From positions 11,415 to 54,369 of the forward strand of contig MFHO01000004.1 of NCBI GenBank assembly GCA_001778635.1: DNA of 42,955 bases, written 5' to 3'. The stretch's first letter is position 1; each line of letters starts with the position of its first letter. This DNA is from Candidatus Giovannonibacteria bacterium RIFCSPHIGHO2_02_FULL_45_13. Its GTDB lineage: Bacteria > Patescibacteriota > Minisyncoccia > UBA11713 > 2-01-FULL-45-33. Of this stretch, positions 39,334 to 42,955 are shown piece after piece. A program made the translations under genes and the position numbers. The notes under the pieces are model-generated. The model saw only the letters and a program-made list of their open reading frames with translations. It was not told the DNA's origin and searched no databases.

Positions 39334-41817
39334 ATGGCTCAAAAAGACAGCGAAACTAACTCCCAAAAAGTGGGGGTAGGGGGGGCAATAGGAACTGTAT
39401 CTCCGCGAGAGATTGTTTTGGAGATGCAGGAGTCGTATTTGGATTACGCGATGTCGGTTATTGTCGCGCGCGCCCTGCCGGATGTCCGTGACGGTCTAAA
39501 GCCTGTGCACCGCAGGATTCTGTTTGCGATGAATGAGATGGGTCTTACGCATAGCGCCAAAACAAAAAAATCCGCAAATGTGGTCGGCGAGGTGCTTGGG
39601 AAATATCATCCGCACGGAGATACGGCGGTTTACGATTCTTTGGTAAGAATGGCCCAAGATTTTTCGCTGCGTTACCCGCTGATTGAAGGGCAAGGAAACT
39701 TTGGATCCATTGACGGAGATTCGGCTGCCGCAATGCGTTATACCGAGGCAAGAATGTCTGCGATTGCCTCCGAAATGTTAAAGGACATTGAAAAAGAAAC
39801 CGTTAATTTTGTTTCGAATTACGATAATACAAAAAAAGAACCCGTTGTTTTGCCTGCGGCAATGCCGCAGCTGCTCCTAAATGGTTCTATGGGTATCGCG
39901 GTTGGAATGGCGACTAACATCCCGCCGCATAATCTTACGGAAGTCACGGACGCGACTTTGCATTTGATGAACCATCCAAAGGCGACGGTGGAGGAGCTTA
40001 CAGAATTTGTAAAAGGCCCGGATTTCCCAACCGGCGGAATAATTTTTAATAAAAAAGAAATTTTACAGGCTTACGCAACAGGCCGCGGAGGCGTGGTGAA
40101 CAGAGGAGAGGCAGAAATTTTAGAACGGAAAAACGGAGAGTGGCAGATTGTCATCACGTCCATTCCTTATCTTGTGAATAAATCCGAGCTTATCGTAAAA
40201 ATGGCCGACTTGGTGCACTTAAAAAAATTGGAAGGGATAAGGGACATACGAGACGAGTCAGACAAAGAAGGGCTTCGCATCGCGATTGATTTGAAAAGGG
40301 ATTCTTATCCGCAGAAAGTTTTAAACAATCTTTATAAACACACGGATCTGGAGCGGACGTACCATTTTAACGTGATCGCGTTGGTTGACGGCGGACTGCA
40401 GCCGAAAACGCTTTCTTTAAAAAGCATTTTAGAAGAGTTCGTTAAACACCGGCGCATTATCGTGGAGCGAAGAGCGCGGTTTGATTTGGCGCGCGCCGAG
40501 GAGCGGGAGCACATTCTTCTGGGATTGAAAAAGGCTTTGGAACATATTGACGCGGTTATAAAGACAATAAAAAGCTCGGATGACAGAGAAGATGCCCATA
40601 AAAATTTGATCAAAAAGTTTGATTTGTCGGACAAACAGGCAGCGGCGATTTTAGAGATGCGCCTTCAGACTTTGGCAGGACTTGAGCGGCAAAAAATTGA
40701 AGATGAACTTAAGGAAAAACAAAAACTCATCAAAGAATTGAAAGTGCTGTTGGGCGATCCGAAAAAAATTGACGAAGTGATTAAAAACGAACTTTCCGAG
40801 ATAAAAAAGAAATACGGAGACGAAAGGAAAACTAAAGTTATTTCTGGCGCTGCCAAAATTATCTCGGCAGAGGACTTGGTTGCCGAGGAAGAAACTATTC
40901 TTATATTAACCCAAGGAGGATATGTAAAGCGCATAAAGCCTGATGAATACAGAGTGCAGAAGCGCGGCGGGAAGGGAGTGATCGGGGTTACGACCAAAGA
41001 TGAAGATTTTGCATATGAATTTATCGGAGGAAATACGCACGATGATTTGCTCTTTTTTACGAATTTAGGAAAAGTTTATCAGACAAAAATGTATGAAATT
41101 CCGGAGGGCACAAGGCAGGCGAAGGGCAAGGCGATTGCAAACTTTCTTTCCTTGGCTGTGGATGAAAAAGTGACTTCGGTATTGCCAGTGCCCAAAACAA
41201 AGAAAGGGCAGTCTAGTTACGTGATCCTGTCCACTCAAAAAGGAGTTACCAAAAAAGTAAATTCCAAAGATTTTGAGGACGTTAGGCATTCCGGAATCCG
41301 CGCTATTAATTTGCAAAAAGGTGACACCTTGCGTTTTGCCCGCGTGGTTATGTCGGGAGAAGAAATTGTGCTTTCATCAAAATTGGGGCAGGCCATTCGT
41401 TTTAAAGAAAAAGACATCCGAGCCATGGGCAGGACGGCGCAGGGCATTCGCGGGATGAGGCTTAAGAGTAAAGACGAACTGGTTGGAATGGATATACTCC
41501 CGCAATCTGCGAAAAAATTGGAAATTTTGTCGGTTTCGCAATTGGGTTACGGCAAGAAAACGCTGATTTCGCAATATCGTTTGCAAAAGCGCGGCGGCTC
41601 TGGAGTTAAAACCTGCAAGGTTACATCCAAGACCGGAAATTTGGTTTCCGTACAGGTTGTTAAAGACGATCAGGAAGAAATTATCGCAATTTCAAAAAAA
41701 GGCCAGGTCATCCGCGCGCCGCTTTCGCAAATCCCCTCGCTTTCCCGCGCCACCCAAGGCGTTAGGATAATGAAATTAAACTCCGGCGATTCCGTCGCCT
41801 CGGTGACGCTGCTGTAA
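39334..41817 (+). CDS. gyrA: DNA gyrase subunit A
   Basis: [31 protein letters not shown], active-site [10 protein letters not shown], and C-terminal beta-pinwheel repeats. Confidence 0.97.
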   Translation: MAQKDSETNSQKVGVGGAIGTVSPREIVLEMQESYLDYAMSVIVARALPDVRDGLKPVHRRILFAMNEMGLTHSAKTKKSANVVGEVLGKYHPHGDTAVYDSLVRMAQDFSLRYPLIEGQGNFGSIDGDSAAAMRYTEARMSAIASEMLKDIEKETVNFVSNYDNTKKEPVVLPAAMPQLLLNGSMGIAVGMATNIPPHNLTEVTDATLHLMNHPKATVEELTEFVKGPDFPTGGIIFNKKEILQAYATGRGGVVNRGEAEILERKNGEWQIVITSIPYLVNKSELIVKMADLVHLKKLEGIRDIRDESDKEGLRIAIDLKRDSYPQKVLNNLYKHTDLERTYHFNVIALVDGGLQPKTLSLKSILEEFVKHRRIIVERRARFDLARAEEREHILLGLKKALEHIDAVIKTIKSSDDREDAHKNLIKKFDLSDKQAAAILEMRLQTLAGLERQKIEDELKEKQKLIKELKVLLGDPKKIDEVIKNELSEIKKKYGDERKTKVISGAAKIISAEDLVAEEETILILTQGGYVKRIKPDEYRVQKRGGKGVIGVTTKDEDFAYEFIGGNTHDDLLFFTNLGKVYQTKMYEIPEGTRQAKGKAIANFLSLAVDEKVTSVLPVPKTKKGQSSYVILSTQKGVTKKVNSKDFEDVRHSGIRAINLQKGDTLRFARVVMSGEEIVLSSKLGQAIRFKEKDIRAMGRTAQGIRGMRLKSKDELVGMDILPQSAKKLEILSVSQLGYGKKTLISQYRLQKRGGSGVKTCKVTSKTGNLVSVQVVKDDQEEIIAISKKGQVIRAPLSQIPSLSRATQGVRIMKLNSGDSVASVTLL

Positions 41818-41828
41818 AAAAGAAAAAA

Positions 41829-41853
41829 GCCAAGAGTTATTGTTTCTTAGCTG
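41829..41853 (+). repeat. hairpin element gccaaga-N-gtttcttagctg (copy 2)
   Basis: GCCAAGAG-UUAUUG-UUUCUUAGC, 12 nt after the gyrA stop. Shares gccaaga and gtttcttagctg with 6657-6683. Confidence 0.5.
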
Positions 41854-41882
41854 ACATATTAAAAAAAGGAGATTTGAATACA

Positions 41883-41981
41883 ATGTACAGCGCAGTCATG
41901 AATAGTACAAAGGTCATCAATTTGTACCCAAGAGCAATGTTGAATATGCGGTACGGATGTGTTAGGCTTTGTTTATGCTAA
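41883..41981 (+). CDS. small ORF, 32 aa (below ORF-track cutoff)
   Basis: AGGAG lies 11 nt upstream of the ATG. MYSAVMNSTKVINLYPRAMLNMRYGCVRLCLC. Its stop overlaps the next ATG (ATGCTAA). Confidence 0.3.
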   Translation: MYSAVMNSTKVINLYPRAMLNMRYGCVRLCLC

Positions 41982-42166
41982 GCGATTCGCAATTGAAGTT
42001 TCTATCGGATGTGTCGTTGATGACAGGACAAGTTTGTTTGGCATCGTTAGTGATTCCATACTTTATTTCTCAATTCAATGCAAGCTTTTTATTGCTCGGT
42101 ATTATATTAACAGCAAGTTCTTGGTTAGTCGGCTTGCTTATTATCAGAAACGTTAAAAATATTTAA
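41975..42166 (+). CDS. small 2-TM membrane protein (63 aa)
   Basis: MLSDSQLKFLSDVSLMTGQVCLASLVIPYF...LLLGIILTASSWLVGLLII. Weakly similar to the 6786-6962 product. Confidence 0.45.
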   Translation: MLSDSQLKFLSDVSLMTGQVCLASLVIPYFISQFNASFLLLGIILTASSWLVGLLIIRNVKNI

Positions 42167-42171
42167 CTGCT

Positions 42172-42258
42172 ATGTACACATTTTATTTGATAGTTGCCAT
42201 AGCGCTGCTCGCAATTGCAATAGCGGCCTACCCGACTCTGCGTAGCCGCAACAAGTAG
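42172..42258 (+). CDS. small hydrophobic peptide, 28 aa (below ORF-track cutoff)
   Basis: MYTFYLIVAIALLAIAIAAYPTLRSRNK. Same position and character as the peptide at 6677-6766. Confidence 0.3.
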   Translation: MYTFYLIVAIALLAIAIAAYPTLRSRNK

Positions 42259-42262
42259 CCTC

Positions 42263-42286
42263 GTCGCCTCGGTAACGTTGCTGTAA
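42263..42286 (+). pseudogene. Relic copy of the gyrA 3' end (last 7 codons + stop)
   Basis: gtcgcctcggtaacgttgctgtaa matches gyrA 41794-41817 (gtcgcctcggtgacgctgctgtaa) at 22 of 24 positions. Both encode VASVTLL*. Confidence 0.7.
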
Positions 42287-42374
42287 TTTATAACGACATC
42301 GCAAGTCATTAATGATCCGCTTGGCTGTGGCAAGAAATATAAAAAGTGCCATGGGGCGTGAGCGACAGGCGATA

Positions 42375-42399
42375 AAAAAAGCCCGCAGTGGGGCTTTTT
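42375..42399. terminator. bidirectional terminator hairpin
   Basis: AAAAAGCCC-GCAGU-GGGGCUUUUU, overlapping the stop of the minus-strand gene. Confidence 0.6.
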
Positions 42400-42583
42400 A
42401 GTTTTCTTGATCCTGGACGCATTTGACTTTTACGTGCTTAGCTTCCGCGCTTTCAAAAACAAACTTTTTAGCTTCTTCGCACGATTTTTTGTTGCGAAAT
42501 TCTCGGAATGTTACGGAACTGACTCCTTCGGATCCGCCGATGCCGCTTGCGAACATAAGGCTCACCACAATTAAAACCCACAT
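42398..42583 (-). CDS. small secreted/membrane-anchored protein (61 aa from ATG 42583)
   Basis: AGGTG lies 5 nt upstream of ATG 42583. MWVLIVVSLMFASGIGG is signal-like. The longer ORF-track start would overlap nrdJ. Confidence 0.45.
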   Translation of the reverse strand: MWVLIVVSLMFASGIGGSEGVSSVTFREFRNKKSCEEAKKFVFESAEAKHVKVKCVQDQEN

Positions 42584-42624
42584 ATCCACACCTACTATCT
42601 CTCTTGGCATGATAATATAAAAAC

Positions 42625-42955
42625 ATGAGCGATGCAAAAAATATTATTTTGAAAGACGGAGCCCAAAGCGGGGCTTTTTTCACTTCGTCCTCCGAAGCCT
42701 TGGCGAAGGAGGATCGCCGAGGATTGCGAATGCAACGTTATTTCACCAAAGAAGGTGTCCATCCATATGATGAAATTGAGTGGGAGAAGCGTGTTGCCAA
42801 GATAACTTCCGCAAAGGGCGAAACGATTTTTGAACAAAAGGACGTTGAGGTGCCGAAATTTTGGTCGCAGACCGCAACAGATATTGTGGCAGAGAAATAT
42901 TTTAAAGGACATATTGGCAAGCCAGATAGAGAATGGTCCGCAAAACAGTTAGTTG
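42625..42955 (+). CDS. nrdJ: Ribonucleotide reductase, class II (adenosylcobalamin-dependent), N-terminal fragment
   Basis: Open from ATG 42625 to the window end. RYFTKEGVHPYDEIEWEKRVAKI...IFEQKDVEVPKFWSQTATDIVAEKYFKG is the typical NrdJ N-terminus. Confidence 0.8.
   Translation, partial: MSDAKNIILKDGAQSGAFFTSSSEALAKEDRRGLRMQRYFTKEGVHPYDEIEWEKRVAKITSAKGETIFEQKDVEVPKFWSQTATDIVAEKYFKGHIGKPDREWSAKQLV

Noticed and set aside
1-42955. CRISPR arrays, rRNA genes, integrases, reverse transcriptases (DGR, retron or group II intron), or phage structural genes.
   Set aside because: I saw no regularly spaced direct repeats and no rRNA-like sequence. No ORF carries recombinase or RT motifs. The only transposase-type gene is the RAYT.

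Overview
This is a 43-kb chromosomal segment from a small-genome bacterium using the standard genetic code (TAA, TAG and TGA all end clear genes). The gene content suggests a Patescibacteria/CPR-type (Parcubacteria-like) organism: a secretin-less type IV pilus/competence cluster, many tiny toxin-antitoxin modules, and HNH/GIY-YIG genes among tRNAs. That taxonomic call is inference only. All family assignments rest on motif recognition by eye; no searches were run.

Core genes, in order:
- ftsA (3' end), ftsZ, PolX-PHP polymerase.
- A minus-strand block: MFS-like protein, family-4 UDG, DedA, permease, MgtC, LOG/TIGR00725-like protein.
- pnp, rdgB, a DksA-like protein, peroxiredoxin, nusA, NYN protein, rpsO.
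- A class-III aminotransferase convergent with an amidinotransferase-fold enzyme.
- Five tRNAs: His, Phe, Arg, Ser-GCU, Ser-UGA.
- comFC divergent from a 12-kb pilus locus: pilM-N-O, pilB, a REC-only regulator, pilT, pilC, two major-type pilins, pilD and four minor pilin-like genes.
- gyrA and the 5' end of nrdJ.

Accessory content:
- Four TA-like modules: HicB/HicA, two DUF4258/DUF2283 pairs, and a RelE pair.
- An HNH endonuclease gene overlapping tRNA-His, and a GIY-YIG pseudogene.
- A REP/RAYT unit inserted inside the pilus locus.
- Two paralogous micro-cassettes of tiny membrane peptides.

Most unusual observations:
1. Three housekeeping genes (polX, nusA, gyrA) are each followed by a small integrase-less cassette and then a decayed second copy of their own last 8-30 codons, stop codon included. 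The copies differ partly at synonymous positions.
2. Comparable 5' relics of tRNA-His and tRNA-Ser, truncated in the anticodon loop, lie upstream of the intact tRNAs.
3. A 550-bp GC-rich, highly structured non-coding region lies upstream of polX. It has orphan plus-strand terminators and two perfect DnaA-box 9-mers.
4. Short perfect palindromes sit in-frame inside coding sequences (in the RAYT gene and twice in pilD).
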